This document shows positions 36,526 to 48,910 of a stretch of DNA of 64,000 nt, piece by piece (position 1 is the first letter of the stretch; each line of letters starts with the position of its first letter). This DNA comes from Desulfuromonadales bacterium. Lineage in GTDB: Bacteria; Desulfobacterota; Desulfuromonadia; Desulfuromonadales; JACZKF01. The position numbers were made by a program, and so were the translations under genes. The DNA is taken from NCBI GenBank assembly GCA_050485365.1, contig JBJHBH010000008.1, positions 2,143-66,142 on the forward strand. Direction: 5' to 3'. Under the pieces are notes generated by a model, which ran no database searches, was not told the origin of the DNA, and worked only from the letters and a program-made list of their open reading frames with translations.

Positions 36526-37110
36526 ATGGATCTTCGAAAAATCAGCGAAAACCTGATACGCACCTTCGAGGAGAAGGGGGTGCGCTACGCCCTCATCGGA
36601 GGGTGTGCCCTGAAGCTGCGGGGGGTGGAGCGCGAAACCGAGGACCTCAACTTCCTGGTGCACCGCGGCGACCTTCACGAAGTCGACCGCGCCATGCTCG
36701 CCCTCGAATACGAGCCGCAGATCCGCTCCGAAAATCTCAGCCGCTACCGCTCCCATCTGGCGGCCTTCGGCGAAGTCGGCTTCATCCACGCCTTTCGCGA
36801 CGCCACCCTCGAGATGCTCGACCGCGCCGAGGCGCTGCAGGCCTTCGACGGGGCGTTGACGGTGCGGGTCGCGCGCCCCGAGGATCTGATCGGCCTCAAG
36901 GTGCAGGCTCTGGCCAACGACGCGCGGCGCCTCGAGATCGAAATGGCCGACATCGAGGCCCTCCTCGCCGTTCACGGCAGCGACCTCGATTGGAAGAGGA
37001 TCGGCGCCTATTTCGCCCTCTTCGAGCTGACCCCCCTCTACAACGACCTCGAACGCCTGCACCGCCGCCCGGCGATCCGGACGCCGCAGGACGTGTCGTC
37101 TGCAACCTAA
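36526..37110 (+). CDS. Nucleotidyltransferase-fold protein (AbiEii/MNT-like)
   Basis: YALIGG.AL...R.TEDLN and PEDLIGLK motifs. Confidence 0.7.
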   Translation: MDLRKISENLIRTFEEKGVRYALIGGCALKLRGVERETEDLNFLVHRGDLHEVDRAMLALEYEPQIRSENLSRYRSHLAAFGEVGFIHAFRDATLEMLDRAEALQAFDGALTVRVARPEDLIGLKVQALANDARRLEIEMADIEALLAVHGSDLDWKRIGAYFALFELTPLYNDLERLHRRPAIRTPQDVSSAT

Positions 37111-37272
37111 GTTCATCCTTTCCTCCAACCAAAAACCCCTCTTAAACCCTTTGCAAACCAAACCTTTTCATGATATCCAGATAGGGTCCGGCAGCGATGC
37201 CGGCTCGCCGACGGTACGACATTCCCCTGTTCGACATCTGCGATTTTTGACGATCCACTCTGGGAGGGCATC

Positions 37273-38115
37273 ATGGTGTTGCGCGTTTTCGGGCCGACTT
37301 TTCTCCTCGCACTGTGCCTCCTTGTCATCCCCGCCCACGCCGCCGACCCCTTTCCGAACGCCGCGGCGGCCTATCTCGTCAAGTCCGGCGAGACGGTCTT
37401 CTGGTCCCATCAGGCCGAACGCCGGATGCCTCCGGCCAGCCTGACCAAGATGATGACGGCGCTGGTCGTTTTGGAGCGGGCCGCCCTCGACGACGTCGTC
37501 ACGATCTCCGCGACCGCCGCCGCCCAGACGGGGAGCCGTCTGCGAATTCAGGCCGGGGAGAGATTCTCCGTGGGCGATCTGCTGGCGGCGCTGCTGATCC
37601 GCTCGGCCAACGACGCCGCCGTCGCCCTGGCCGAGCACGTCGCGGGGAGCGAAGAGAAGTTCGCCGCCCTGATGAACCGCCGCGTCGCCGAGCTCGGCCT
37701 GAAGAACACCCAGTTCGCCAACGCCAGCGGCCTCGACCACCCGCGCCAGTACTCCACGGCCGTCGATCTCGCCCGGCTGGCCGAGGCGGCGCTGGATCAC
37801 GACACCTTCCGCGCTCTCGTTGTCGAGACGGGTGTCGAGATCCGCACCCTGTGCACGGGGCGCACCTTCGAGCTCACCAACAGCAACAAGCTCCTCGGTC
37901 TGTACGACGGACTGGCCGGCGTGAAGACCGGCTTCACCAGCCGCGCCGGCCCCTGCCTCATCGTCGCGGCCGAGCGGGGGGAGGAGCGGGTTCTGTTGGT
38001 CCTGCTCAACTCGCCCCACCGCTGGATTCTCGCCCCCGCGATTCTCGATCAGGCTTTCGAGCAAAAGGCCCAGATCGCCGGGTCGCGCCTGGCCCGCCTC
38101 GAGACCACCGACTGA
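37273..38115 (+). CDS. D-alanyl-D-alanine carboxypeptidase (peptidase S11)
   Basis: Signal peptide with SLTK, SAN and KTG motifs. Confidence 0.92.
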   Translation: MVLRVFGPTFLLALCLLVIPAHAADPFPNAAAAYLVKSGETVFWSHQAERRMPPASLTKMMTALVVLERAALDDVVTISATAAAQTGSRLRIQAGERFSVGDLLAALLIRSANDAAVALAEHVAGSEEKFAALMNRRVAELGLKNTQFANASGLDHPRQYSTAVDLARLAEAALDHDTFRALVVETGVEIRTLCTGRTFELTNSNKLLGLYDGLAGVKTGFTSRAGPCLIVAAERGEERVLLVLLNSPHRWILAPAILDQAFEQKAQIAGSRLARLETTD

Positions 38116-38158
38116 CCGCCAACGGCAGCGCCCCTCCCTCGACTCGCTCCCCCCAAAC

Positions 38159-38200
38159 CGGTTCAACGGGCTGACGCCGCCGGCGAAGCCCGTTGAACCG
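38159..38200. other. 14-bp perfect inverted repeat upstream of the hox operon
   Basis: CGGTTCAACGGGCT-N14-AGCCCGTTGAACCG, with no U-tract. Confidence 0.55.
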
Positions 38201-38294
38201 CGCCGATAGAATTATTTTTCTCCAAGGTTGAATCGCGCCGGGCTTTGAGTACCCTTGCCCCTATCCGAGCCGTCTCGGACGAAAGGAGGGTTCC

Positions 38295-38827
38295 GTGGCC
38301 GAACCGAGCCGCACCACGCGGGAGACGACGCCCGCCGGGGCAGACGATCCGCGCCTTCGTATGGTGGAGCGCGCCATGAAGAGGGTCCAGTACCGGCCCG
38401 ACGCCCTCATCGAGGTCCTGCACGTGGCCCAGGAGTCGTACGGATTTCTGAGCGCAGAGATCCTGCACGTCATCGCCCGCGCGATGAACGTCCCCGAGAG
38501 CCGGGTCTTCGGGGTGGCGACCTTCTACCACTTTTTTTCGCTGCGCCCCAAAGGAGAGCACAGCTGCATCGTGTGCATCGGGACGGCCTGCTACGTCAAG
38601 GGCGCCGGCGAGATCGTCACCGCCCTGGAGCAGGCGTACGGGATACGGGCGGGGGAGACGACCCCCGACGGCAGGCTCCACGTGGGGGCGGCCCGCTGCC
38701 TGGGGAGCTGCTCGCTGGCGCCGATGCTGACCCTCGACGGCAAGGTGCTGGGCAACGAGACGGCCGATTCGGTGCTCGAACAGGTGCGCGACCTGCTGCA
38801 GGGGAGCCGGGGCGAAGGGGGGGAGCG

Positions 38828-38831
<4 letters not shown>
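38295..38831 (+). CDS. hoxE: Bidirectional hydrogenase subunit HoxE
   Basis: ATFYHFF, CIGTAC and CLGSC [2Fe-2S] motifs. Confidence 0.9.
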
Positions 38832-40539
<1,708 letters not shown>

Positions 40540-40540
<1 letters not shown>

Positions 40541-41271
40541 TGCCGGTCATCACCCTTACCATCGACGGCAATCTCGTCAGCGGCCGCGACGGCCAGAGCG
40601 TCCTCGACGTGAGCCGCGACGCCGGGATCGAGATCCCCACCCTGTGCCACCTCGAAGGGCTGACCCCCTGGGGGGGGTGCCGCCTGTGCGTCGTGGAGAT
40701 CCGGAACGAGCGGCGGCTCCTGACCGCCTGCACCACCGTCGCCGCCGAGGGGATGCACGTCGTCACCCGCAGCGCGCGCCTCGAAAACTACCGGCGGATG
40801 CTCATCGAGCTCCTCCTCGCCGAGCGCAACCATTACTGCGCCGTGTGCGTCGTCGACGGCCACTGCGAGCTGCAGTCGATGGCCGCCCGCCTCGGGGTCG
40901 ATCATGTGCGCTTCGACTATCTCAACCCGCCGATGCCGGTGGACATCAGCCACGAGCTCTTCGGCCTCGACCACAACCGCTGCATCCTGTGCACCCGCTG
41001 CGTGCGTGTGTGCGACGAGGTCGAAGGGGCGCACACCTGGGATGTGCGGGGGCGCGGTACAAGCGAACGGGTCGTCATCGATCTGGATCGCCCCTGGAAA
41101 GAGAGCACGAGCTGCACCCGCTGCGGCAAATGCGTGCAGGTCTGCCCCGTCGGGGCGCTCTTCCACAAAGGGGCGACCGTCGGCGAGATGATCAAGGACA
41201 ACCGCTTCCTGATGGAGATCATCCGGCGGCGCCGCAGCGCACAGCCCTTCATCGAACGACGGCGGAGCTGA
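40540..41271 (+). CDS. hoxU: Bidirectional hydrogenase subunit HoxU
   Basis: IPTLC, CRLC, HYCAVC, CILCTRC and CTRCGKC Fe-S motifs. Confidence 0.92.
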
Positions 41272-41304
41272 CGGGCGGCGGCCCCCCCTTCACGGAGGTC
41301 CTTT

Positions 41305-41865
41305 GTGACGAAGTCGACGACGCAACGAAAAATCCGGCTCGCCACCGTCTGGCTGGGGGGGTGCTCGGGGTGCAACATGAGCTTTCTCGATTTGGGAGAG
41401 CTGCTGATCGATCTCAGCGAGCGGGCGGAGCTGGTCTACGGACCGTTCACCGACATCAAGGAATTTCCCGAGGAGGTGGACATCGCCGTGGTCGAGGGGT
41501 CGCTCAACAACACCGAAAACCTGGAGCTCTACCGGAAGATCCGGCAGCGCACCAAGCTCGTCGTGAGCTTCGGCGACTGCGCCGTCACCGGCAACGTCAG
41601 CTCGCTGAGAAACGTCCTCACCCCCGAGGAGGCTCTGGCGCACTCCTACGGCCGAGACGTCGGAGCGCCCCCCTTCGGCAACGAGGCCTCGCAGGTGCTG
41701 CCGCAGCTTCTGCCCAAGTCGTATCCGCTGCACCACGTCCTTCCCGTCGACGCCTTCATCCCCGGGTGCCCCCCCGACCCCGAGCGGACGTGGCCCGCGC
41801 TCCTCGCCCTGATGGAGGGCAAACAGGGGATCGAGGCCGTCCCCGAGGAGCGCACCTTCGGGTGA
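41305..41865 (+). CDS. hoxY: NiFe hydrogenase small subunit HoxY
   Basis: GCSGC, GDCA and PGCPP motifs. Confidence 0.92.
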   Translation: MTKSTTQRKIRLATVWLGGCSGCNMSFLDLGELLIDLSERAELVYGPFTDIKEFPEEVDIAVVEGSLNNTENLELYRKIRQRTKLVVSFGDCAVTGNVSSLRNVLTPEEALAHSYGRDVGAPPFGNEASQVLPQLLPKSYPLHHVLPVDAFIPGCPPDPERTWPALLALMEGKQGIEAVPEERTFG

Positions 41866-41899
41866 CGCTCGATCCGAGCGACGAAAGGGAAAGGATCTC

Positions 41900-43336
41900 A
41901 TGACACGAACCGTTCACATCGAGCCCGTCACGCGTATCGAGGGGCACGCCAAGATCACCCTCGTGCTCGGCGAGGCGGGCGAGGTCGCCGATGCGCGGCT
42001 TCACGTCACCGAGTTCCGGGGATTCGAGGCGTTCTGCGTCGGACGCCCCTTCTGGGAGATGCCCGGGATCACCGCGCGGGTGTGCGGCATCTGCCCGACG
42101 AGCCACTCCACCGCCTCGGCCGCTGCCGGCGACGCCATCCTCGGCGTCGACATTCCCCACGTCGCGATCCAGCTGCGTCGCCTGGTGAACTGGGCCACCA
42201 TCATCCAGAGCCACGCCCTGAGCTTCATTCACCTGAGCGGCCCCGATCTTCTGCTCGGCTTCGAGAGCGACCCGGCCAAGCGCAATCTCTTCGGCCTCAT
42301 CGAGGCGCATCCGGAGATCGCCCGCAAGGGGATTCGCCTGCGTCAGTTCGGGCAGGAGGTGGTGCGCCTGATCGAGGGGCGCCGCATCCACCCGACCTGG
42401 ATCGTCCCCGGCGGGGTGCGCGACCCCTTGACGACGCAGGCGCGCGACGCGATTTTGGCGATGATCCCGGAATATGTGCAGATCGCCCGCGAATTTCTCG
42501 ACCTCAACCGCCGCATCCTCGAAGTGCATCCGGCGGAAACTGCGGCCTACGGCAACTTTCCGAGTCTCTTCCTGGCGATGCTCACCCCCGAGGAGGGGCT
42601 GGAGAACTTCGGCGGGACGCTGCGCCTCATCGACAGCCGGGGGCATATCGTGGAGGACGCCTTTGCGGCGGATCGCTACGGAGAGCTCTTCGAGGAGGCG
42701 CAGGAGCCCTGGTCGTACATGAAGTTTCCCTACTACCGGCCGCGGGGGCGCGACGGGTGGGCAGGGGTGTATCGCGTGGGACCGCTGGCGCGGCTGAACA
42801 CGGCGCAAAGAGCCGGAACCCCCCTGGCCGACGAGGAGCTGCGCCGCTTTCGGGCCTACGGCGAGAAAGGGGGGCCGGTCACCAACAGCTTCTACTATCA
42901 TCACGCGCGGCTGATCGAGATCCTGCACGGGCTGGAGCGCATCGTGCAGCTTCTCGACGATCCGCAGATCCTTCGCACCGACGTGCGCGCCCGCGCCGGC
43001 GTCAACCGCCGGCGCGGGGTGGGGGTGGCCGAAGCCCCCCGCGGAACGCTCTTTCACGACTACGAGGTCGACGAGCACGGCCTCCTCACACGGGTCAACC
43101 TCTTCATCGCCACCGTGCAGAACAACCAGGCGATGAACCGCACCATCCTGCAGATCGCCAGGGAGCACCTGCGTGCCGAGCGCCTCGACGAGGGGCTGCT
43201 CAACCGGGTCGAGCACGGCATCCGCATCTACGACCCCTGCCTGTCGTGCGCCACCCATGCGGCCGGCACCGTCGCGCTGGACGTCTCGCTGGTCGACGCC
43301 GCCGGAAATCTCATCGAGCGGCGCCTGCGGCGATGA
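41900..43336 (+). CDS. hoxH: NiFe hydrogenase large subunit HoxH (group 3d)
   Basis: TRIEGH, RVCGIC, EAPRG and DPCLSCATH followed by a cleavable tail. Confidence 0.94.
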   Translation: MTRTVHIEPVTRIEGHAKITLVLGEAGEVADARLHVTEFRGFEAFCVGRPFWEMPGITARVCGICPTSHSTASAAAGDAILGVDIPHVAIQLRRLVNWATIIQSHALSFIHLSGPDLLLGFESDPAKRNLFGLIEAHPEIARKGIRLRQFGQEVVRLIEGRRIHPTWIVPGGVRDPLTTQARDAILAMIPEYVQIAREFLDLNRRILEVHPAETAAYGNFPSLFLAMLTPEEGLENFGGTLRLIDSRGHIVEDAFAADRYGELFEEAQEPWSYMKFPYYRPRGRDGWAGVYRVGPLARLNTAQRAGTPLADEELRRFRAYGEKGGPVTNSFYYHHARLIEILHGLERIVQLLDDPQILRTDVRARAGVNRRRGVGVAEAPRGTLFHDYEVDEHGLLTRVNLFIATVQNNQAMNRTILQIAREHLRAERLDEGLLNRVEHGIRIYDPCLSCATHAAGTVALDVSLVDAAGNLIERRLRR

Positions 43337-43818
43337 CGATCCTCCTCATCGCCTGCGGCAATCCCCTTCGCCGCGACGACGGCGCCGGAGGCGTCCTGGC
43401 GCGGCGCCTCGCGGCGGAGCGCCTTGTCGGGCTGCGCATCCTCATCCTCCACCAGCTCACCCCCGAGCTCGCCGTCGATCTGGCTCGTCCCGAGGTGCGG
43501 TGCGCCCTCTTTGCCGATGCTTTCGTTGTCGACGCCGATGCGGACGCACCGATACTGCGCCCCCTCGACGGGGAGGGGGGCGCGCCTCCTCTGGGGCACC
43601 ACCTCTGCCCCGAGTCCCTTCTCGGCCTCACAGCGCGCCTCTACGGCCGCCGTCCCCCCGCCTGGCTGGCGGCGATTCCCGGGGAAGACTTCGGCTTCGG
43701 CGAAGGGCTCAGCCTGGAAGCGCAGCGCGCCGTGGCGCGGGCGCACGAACAGATCCGGGACTTCCTCTCGCGGCAGCGCGACAAGCCCCCTGAAGGCGAA
43801 TCTGTTCGACACGCCTAA
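43333..43818 (+). CDS. hoxW: Hydrogenase maturation protease
   Basis: [15 protein letters not shown] and FGEGLS motifs. Follows hoxH. Confidence 0.85.
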   Translation: MTILLIACGNPLRRDDGAGGVLARRLAAERLVGLRILILHQLTPELAVDLARPEVRCALFADAFVVDADADAPILRPLDGEGGAPPLGHHLCPESLLGLTARLYGRRPPAWLAAIPGEDFGFGEGLSLEAQRAVARAHEQIRDFLSRQRDKPPEGESVRHA

Positions 43819-43830
43819 GCACGCGGGGCC

Positions 43831-44565
43831 TCAGGCGAGCCTGTGCGGCGCCCAGATCTCCACGTGCAGCGCCTCGCTCTGGGCGTGGAGGATCGGTTCG
43901 CCCTCGGGGGCGGGGAGCCCGTGCGATTCGATCATGGTGGAGCTGAGATAGAGCAGACGGGCGCTTCGCAGCGGCCAGGGGCGGTGGTGGATGCGTCCGC
44001 GCAGAAGCGCACCCTTGTCCCCCTTGGCATAGAGGGCGTAGCGCTCGATGAGGAAAAACTCCAGAGCCCCCGGCGCCGCTTCGGGCAGCGGCGCGCCGAG
44101 CTGCCAGCTCCCCTGGAATTCGGCCGGCGGCGCGCCGCCCTGGGTGCGGCGCGAGGAGAAGCGCACGGGCTCCTGTCCGGCGCTCAGATGCATGCGGGCC
44201 TGAAAATACGGAAGATGGAAGGCGGCCCGCGCCCCGAGGACCGCCAGCGCGTTGTCGGCGTCCAGAGAGAGGAACCACACGCCGGGGACGCCGTCGTGGT
44301 GGACGTAGGTGCGCACGTTGAGCTCGTGCGAGCGGCTCACGATGGGGGCCGGGGGGAGGAGGTGAGGGCGGATCCCGCGCATGGTGAAGGGGGTCACCCC
44401 GATCCACGCCGTCCCGTCGAAGGTGTCGATTTCGAGCTCGGGGGGGATAAGGGGCCGCAGGCGCTGCGCAGGGAGCGGCCAGTGCAGAAAGAGGAGGCGG
44501 TCCCACACCTGGTGCATGACGGGCCACCCCGACGGGCGTTGCCGGACCTTCAGACGATCGATCAT
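43831..44565 (-). CDS. YqjF/DUF2071 family protein
   Basis: MHQVW..LLFLHW, ELNVRTYV, GVWFLSLDA and FLIERY motifs. Confidence 0.85.
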   Translation of the reverse strand: MIDRLKVRQRPSGWPVMHQVWDRLLFLHWPLPAQRLRPLIPPELEIDTFDGTAWIGVTPFTMRGIRPHLLPPAPIVSRSHELNVRTYVHHDGVPGVWFLSLDADNALAVLGARAAFHLPYFQARMHLSAGQEPVRFSSRRTQGGAPPAEFQGSWQLGAPLPEAAPGALEFFLIERYALYAKGDKGALLRGRIHHRPWPLRSARLLYLSSTMIESHGLPAPEGEPILHAQSEALHVEIWAPHRLA

Positions 44566-44852
44566 CTCCGCGATCCCAAGAAATGTCGTGCCTCTCCCGC
44601 ATTCGCGGCAACGATAGCAGAAAGCGCCTCCGGAGCAAGGGGAGGAAGAGGCTCCCTTGACGCTCGGTTCGATTTCGCCCTTTTCAAATCCGGTTTTATT
44701 TGACACGGGAGTCGTGTAGGGGCTATTTTGTCTTAATTCCCATGACCTTAAGAGATCACCATAAAGAAATAAAGCGCTGAGCCGTGTGGGACGGCCCGGC
44801 GATTTTTTTTCGTCTCCGCCCTATCGGAGCGCGATCAGAGAGGAAAGGAACA

Positions 44853-45902
44853 ATGATGCAGAACGGAGGCTGGGGCCGCAAGGGCGATGAAGTCGAAGAG
44901 AAGGTCATCGAACTTGTCAACCGCATGAAGGGGCAGATGAAGGGACAGCAGCCCCCATTCAAGATTTTCGCCGGCATCGGCCTGGCGATCGTTCTGGTGT
45001 GGGCCGCCCTGAGCAGCTTCTACAAGGTCGACACCGAAGAGACCGGGGTCGTGCTGCGGCTCGGCAAATTCTCCCATTTCACCGACCCGGGACTTCAGTT
45101 CAAGGTCCCCTTCGGGATCGATCAGGTCTATCTCGTCAAGACGGGCCGCGTCTTGAGGGAGGACTTCGGATTCCGCAGCATGGTCCAGGGCGACCGCACC
45201 AGCTACACCAAGCGCGGGCTCGAGGAGGAGTCGCTGACGCTCACCGGCGACCTCAACGTCACCGACATCGAGTGGATCGTGCAGTACCAGGTGCGCGACC
45301 CGTACAAGTTCCTCTTCCACATCTACCGCCCGGAGAACACCATCCGCGACATCTCCGAGTCGGTGGTGCGCCGCGTCGTGGGGAACTCCAACGTCACCGA
45401 GGTCCTCACCACCGAGCGTGCCGCCCTGGCGCTGGAGATCCAGCGCGACCTGCAGTCGATCCTCGACAGCTACGACATCGGGGTGCGCATCGTCACCGTG
45501 CGTTTCCAGGACGTCAACCCCCCCGGTCCGGTCAAGGCCGCCTTCAACGAGGTCAACGAGGCCGAGCAGCAAAAAGAGAGCATGATCCTGCAGGCGCGCG
45601 AGCAGTATAACCGCGAAGTCCCCCATGCCCGCGGTGTGGCCAGAAGCCGCATCCTCGAGGCCGAAGGGTACGCCGTCCAGCGCGTCAACCGCGCTCAGGG
45701 CGAGGCGACCCGCTTCTCGGCGCTGCTCGAAGAATACCGCAAGGCCCCCGAGGTGACGCGCAAGCGCCTCTATCTCGAGACGCTGGAGGAGATCCTCCCC
45801 CGGCTGCAGGAGGTCTACATCATCGACAGCAACGGTACGCAGGGAGGCCCGCTGCAGCTCCTTCCCCTGCGCCAGGACGTGATCAGAGGAGCGGCGAAAT
45901 AA
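44853..45902 (+). CDS. hflK: FtsH protease modulator HflK
   Basis: SPFH domain, LTGDLN, AFNEVNEA and PEVTRKRLYLET motifs. Confidence 0.92.
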   Translation: MMQNGGWGRKGDEVEEKVIELVNRMKGQMKGQQPPFKIFAGIGLAIVLVWAALSSFYKVDTEETGVVLRLGKFSHFTDPGLQFKVPFGIDQVYLVKTGRVLREDFGFRSMVQGDRTSYTKRGLEEESLTLTGDLNVTDIEWIVQYQVRDPYKFLFHIYRPENTIRDISESVVRRVVGNSNVTEVLTTERAALALEIQRDLQSILDSYDIGVRIVTVRFQDVNPPGPVKAAFNEVNEAEQQKESMILQAREQYNREVPHARGVARSRILEAEGYAVQRVNRAQGEATRFSALLEEYRKAPEVTRKRLYLETLEEILPRLQEVYIIDSNGTQGGPLQLLPLRQDVIRGAAK

Positions 45903-46837
45903 TGAAGCATTCAGCCATCATCGTCATCGCAGTCATCGCCATCGCGGTCGCCTCGTCGAGCCTCTTCGTCGTCGCCGAAGGGCAGCAGGCGCTCGTCACC
46001 CAGTTCGGTCGCCCCATCGGCGAGGTTCGCTACGCCGGACTCCACTTCAAGCTCCCCGTGGTGCAGGACGTGCACCGCTTCCAGCGCCGCATCGTGCAGT
46101 GGGACGGCGATCCGAACCAGATCCCCACCCGCGACAAGCGCTACATCTGGGTCGACGTCACCGCCCGCTGGCGCATCGCCGACCCCCTCGTCTTCTACCG
46201 CTCGGTCCACAACGAGCGCGGCGCCCAGGCCCGCCTCGACGACATCATCGACTCGGTGGTGCGTGACGCCGTCTCGGGGCACCTTCTGGTCGAGCTGGTG
46301 CGCGGCTCCGACTATACCCCGCCTTCGGGGGTGCGCGAAGAGGTCATCGAGTTCGAAGGGGAGGAGATCGACGTCGACAACCTCATCGGCCGCGAGGAGA
46401 TCCTCGCCAACATCCTGCGCGAAGCGCGCGACATGACCCCCGAGTACGGCATCGACCTCATCGACGTGCAGATCAAGCGCATCAACTACGTCGAGCAGGT
46501 GCGCCAGCGCGTCTACGAGCGCATGGTTTCCGAGCGCCGGCAGGTGGCCGCCCAGTACCGCTCCGAAGGGGAGGGGGAGAGGGCCGACATCCTCGGTGCG
46601 ATGCAGAGGGATCTGCGCACCATCGAGTCGGAAGCCTTCCGCCGCGCCGAGGAGATCCGCGGCGAGGCCGACGCCAAGGCGGCCGCCATCTACGCCGAGG
46701 CGTACGGGCGCGACGGCGACTTCTACGCCTTCCGCCGCACCCTGGAGGCCTACCAGAAGACGGTACGCGAGAACTCGCGCTTGGTCCTTTCGACCGATTC
46801 GGACTTCTACCGATTCCTGCAGAACGCCAATCGGTAA
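45902..46837 (+). CDS. hflC: FtsH protease modulator HflC
   Basis: GLHFKLP, VYERMVSER and FYAFRRTLEAY motifs. Follows hflK. Confidence 0.92.
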   Translation: MKHSAIIVIAVIAIAVASSSLFVVAEGQQALVTQFGRPIGEVRYAGLHFKLPVVQDVHRFQRRIVQWDGDPNQIPTRDKRYIWVDVTARWRIADPLVFYRSVHNERGAQARLDDIIDSVVRDAVSGHLLVELVRGSDYTPPSGVREEVIEFEGEEIDVDNLIGREEILANILREARDMTPEYGIDLIDVQIKRINYVEQVRQRVYERMVSERRQVAAQYRSEGEGERADILGAMQRDLRTIESEAFRRAEEIRGEADAKAAAIYAEAYGRDGDFYAFRRTLEAYQKTVRENSRLVLSTDSDFYRFLQNANR

Positions 46838-46943
46838 CCCCCCGGCCCTGTGGGCCACCCCCCCTATTTCATAGGGGGGAGGCAGGGCAAGGTCTCCCGA
46901 AGGCTGCTTAGCGCTCAGGGGGGGCTTCCCGATCACCCAAGCC

Positions 46944-46988
46944 AAAAAAGAAGAGCCCGTCCGGCGATGTCCGGCGGGCTCTTCTTTT
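46944..46988. terminator. Bidirectional intrinsic terminator
   Basis: AAAAGAAGAGCCCG...CGGGCTCTTCTTTT between convergent genes. Confidence 0.75.
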
Positions 46989-46997
46989 ATCTCGGCC

Positions 46998-47807
46998 TCA
47001 GTGTGCGATCGCAGGTCCCCGGCGTTTCACGCTCGATTGGGCGCCGGCCCATCCGCCGACGATTCCGAGCGCCATCGAGAGAAGAAGCCCCGCGAAGATG
47101 AACCAGGCAGCCCGCGTGAGCCCTTCGACCGCCGCTGCCGCCACTTCCTGCCCTTCGATCTGCTGGGTCGCTCCGATCAGGGCCATCCCCTGGTCGACCA
47201 GCGGTTCGGCGCGCTCGCGGGTGAAGCCCATGGCGACCATGGTCCCGATCGCCCCCTCGCGATCACCGGCGCCGAGCTGCTCCTGCAGTGTGCCCAGCGC
47301 TTCTGGGCTGACCTCCACCCCCGGCGTCCCGGTGATGAGCGCCCCCAGATCCTGACCTTCGGCCGCGGCTCCGGTAACCGTACCGACCGCCTGCAACCCC
47401 TGGCCGAGGATATTGAAGGTTCCGCCGAGAAGGGCACCCACCGAGGTGGTCACCAGATAGATCATGGCCAGTGTAATGGCCCCCCAGGCGACGAATCCGT
47501 GGAAGAGCCCGTCGGTGCGCCGCGACATGCCGGACATGCGCGAGGCGATATAGCCGCCGACGAAGGCGGCCAGAATCATGCTGATCCCCGTCCAGATCCC
47601 GGTGATCGCCGGAACTCTCCCCACCGGCTCCGTGGCTTGGGGATCGATCGCCGTGATCCCCACGGCCAGACCGAGCATGGCCAGAAGAATGAAAGTTGAA
47701 AGGCCTGCCGCCAGACCGCCGAAAATCGCTCCCCAACTGATAAACGGGAAGTGGGGGCGGGTGAAATCGGCTCGTCGTTCGATCGTTTGCGTTGCCATCG
47801 CTTGCAT
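46998..47807 (-). CDS. Hypothetical membrane protein
   Basis: ISWGAIFGG and DGLFHGFVAWG motifs with several TM helices. Confidence 0.75.
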   Translation of the reverse strand: MQAMATQTIERRADFTRPHFPFISWGAIFGGLAAGLSTFILLAMLGLAVGITAIDPQATEPVGRVPAITGIWTGISMILAAFVGGYIASRMSGMSRRTDGLFHGFVAWGAITLAMIYLVTTSVGALLGGTFNILGQGLQAVGTVTGAAAEGQDLGALITGTPGVEVSPEALGTLQEQLGAGDREGAIGTMVAMGFTRERAEPLVDQGMALIGATQQIEGQEVAAAAVEGLTRAAWFIFAGLLLSMALGIVGGWAGAQSSVKRRGPAIAH

Positions 47808-47988
47808 CCTCGTTGAAGGGTTCGTGTCCGCCGTATCATTAATTTACGAGTTTTCGACGTTTTTTCATCTGGTTGCACCATATCACCGCTTTGGGGGATG
47901 TCAAAAAAGAGGGTGCCGTGAGGGCATTTGACCGCGCCCGCATCGCCGATAAGATTCGATAGAGATCACGCGAGAACGGAAAGCGGAA

Positions 47989-48726
47989 ATGAGTGGGAAA
48001 CTGCGCATCGGCACCTCGGGGTGGATCTATCCCCACTGGCGCGGAGATTATTATCCGCAGGGTCTGCCGCAAAAAGACTGGTTCGGGCACTACGCCCGCG
48101 ACTTCGACACGGTGGAGATCAACAACACCTTCTACCGACTCCCCGAGGCGAAGACCTTTGTCCACTGGGCGGAGGTGGCGCCCGCGGGCTTTCTCTACGC
48201 CTTCAAGGCGAGCCGTTACATCACCCATGTCAAGCGCCTCAAAGATCCGGAGGCGTCGCTGGAGAAATTCATCGAACGTATTTCAGGCGCCGGCTCCTGT
48301 CTCGGTCCGCTTCTCTATCAGCTCCCGCCGCGCTTCCCCGCCGACCCGTCGCGCCTCGAAGAATTCCTGAAGGCCCTGCCGCAAGGGCGCACCCACGTCT
48401 TCGAATTTCGCGACGCCGACTGGTATCGCGACGAGATCCGACGTCTCCTCGAGCGCTACGGCGCCTCCTTCTGCATCCACGATCACGGACGAAGCGGGGG
48501 CTCCCCCGAGTGGATCACCTCCGGCACCGTCTATCTGCGTTTTCACGGCCCCTGCGAGGACGCCTACGGCGGCAGCTACTCCGAACCCTTCCTGCGTGAG
48601 CAGGCCGCCAAAATAGCCGCGTGGATCGCGGCAGGCAAGGAGGTCTTCGCCTACTTCAACAACGACATCGGCGGCCACGCCGTTCACAACGCGTTCACCC
48701 TGCGCGAGCTGTGCCGCCGAGGATGA
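47989..48726 (+). CDS. DUF72 domain protein
   Basis: IGTSGW.Y..W, VEINNTFYRLP, YLRFHG and YFNND motifs. Confidence 0.9.
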   Translation: MSGKLRIGTSGWIYPHWRGDYYPQGLPQKDWFGHYARDFDTVEINNTFYRLPEAKTFVHWAEVAPAGFLYAFKASRYITHVKRLKDPEASLEKFIERISGAGSCLGPLLYQLPPRFPADPSRLEEFLKALPQGRTHVFEFRDADWYRDEIRRLLERYGASFCIHDHGRSGGSPEWITSGTVYLRFHGPCEDAYGGSYSEPFLREQAAKIAAWIAAGKEVFAYFNNDIGGHAVHNAFTLRELCRRG

Positions 48727-48787
48727 ACGCGGTGGTCGAGCGAGGGGCTTCGTGGTATGTTTGGCGGGAAATCCCAGCTTTCGGTCC

Positions 48788-48866
48788 GGTCGCCGGATTC
48801 CCATGCCAAGGGACGCTTTTCGCCGTCCATGGCGCCGGACACCCTTGTCATGGGAGCCGCGACCCC
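48788..48866 (+). repeat. MITE-like repeat, copy C (24-bp internal deletion)
   Basis: Matches copies A and B but retains only one GCCGTCCATGGC unit. Confidence 0.8.
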
Positions 48867-48910
48867 AAACGGGTGAACAGTTACTTCGGCATGAACAAGG
48901 AGTGCTTGCC

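Noticed and set aside
43228-43262. HoxH as a NiFeSe hydrogenase
   Set aside because: The C-terminal motif is DPCLSC with Cys codons and no in-frame TGA.
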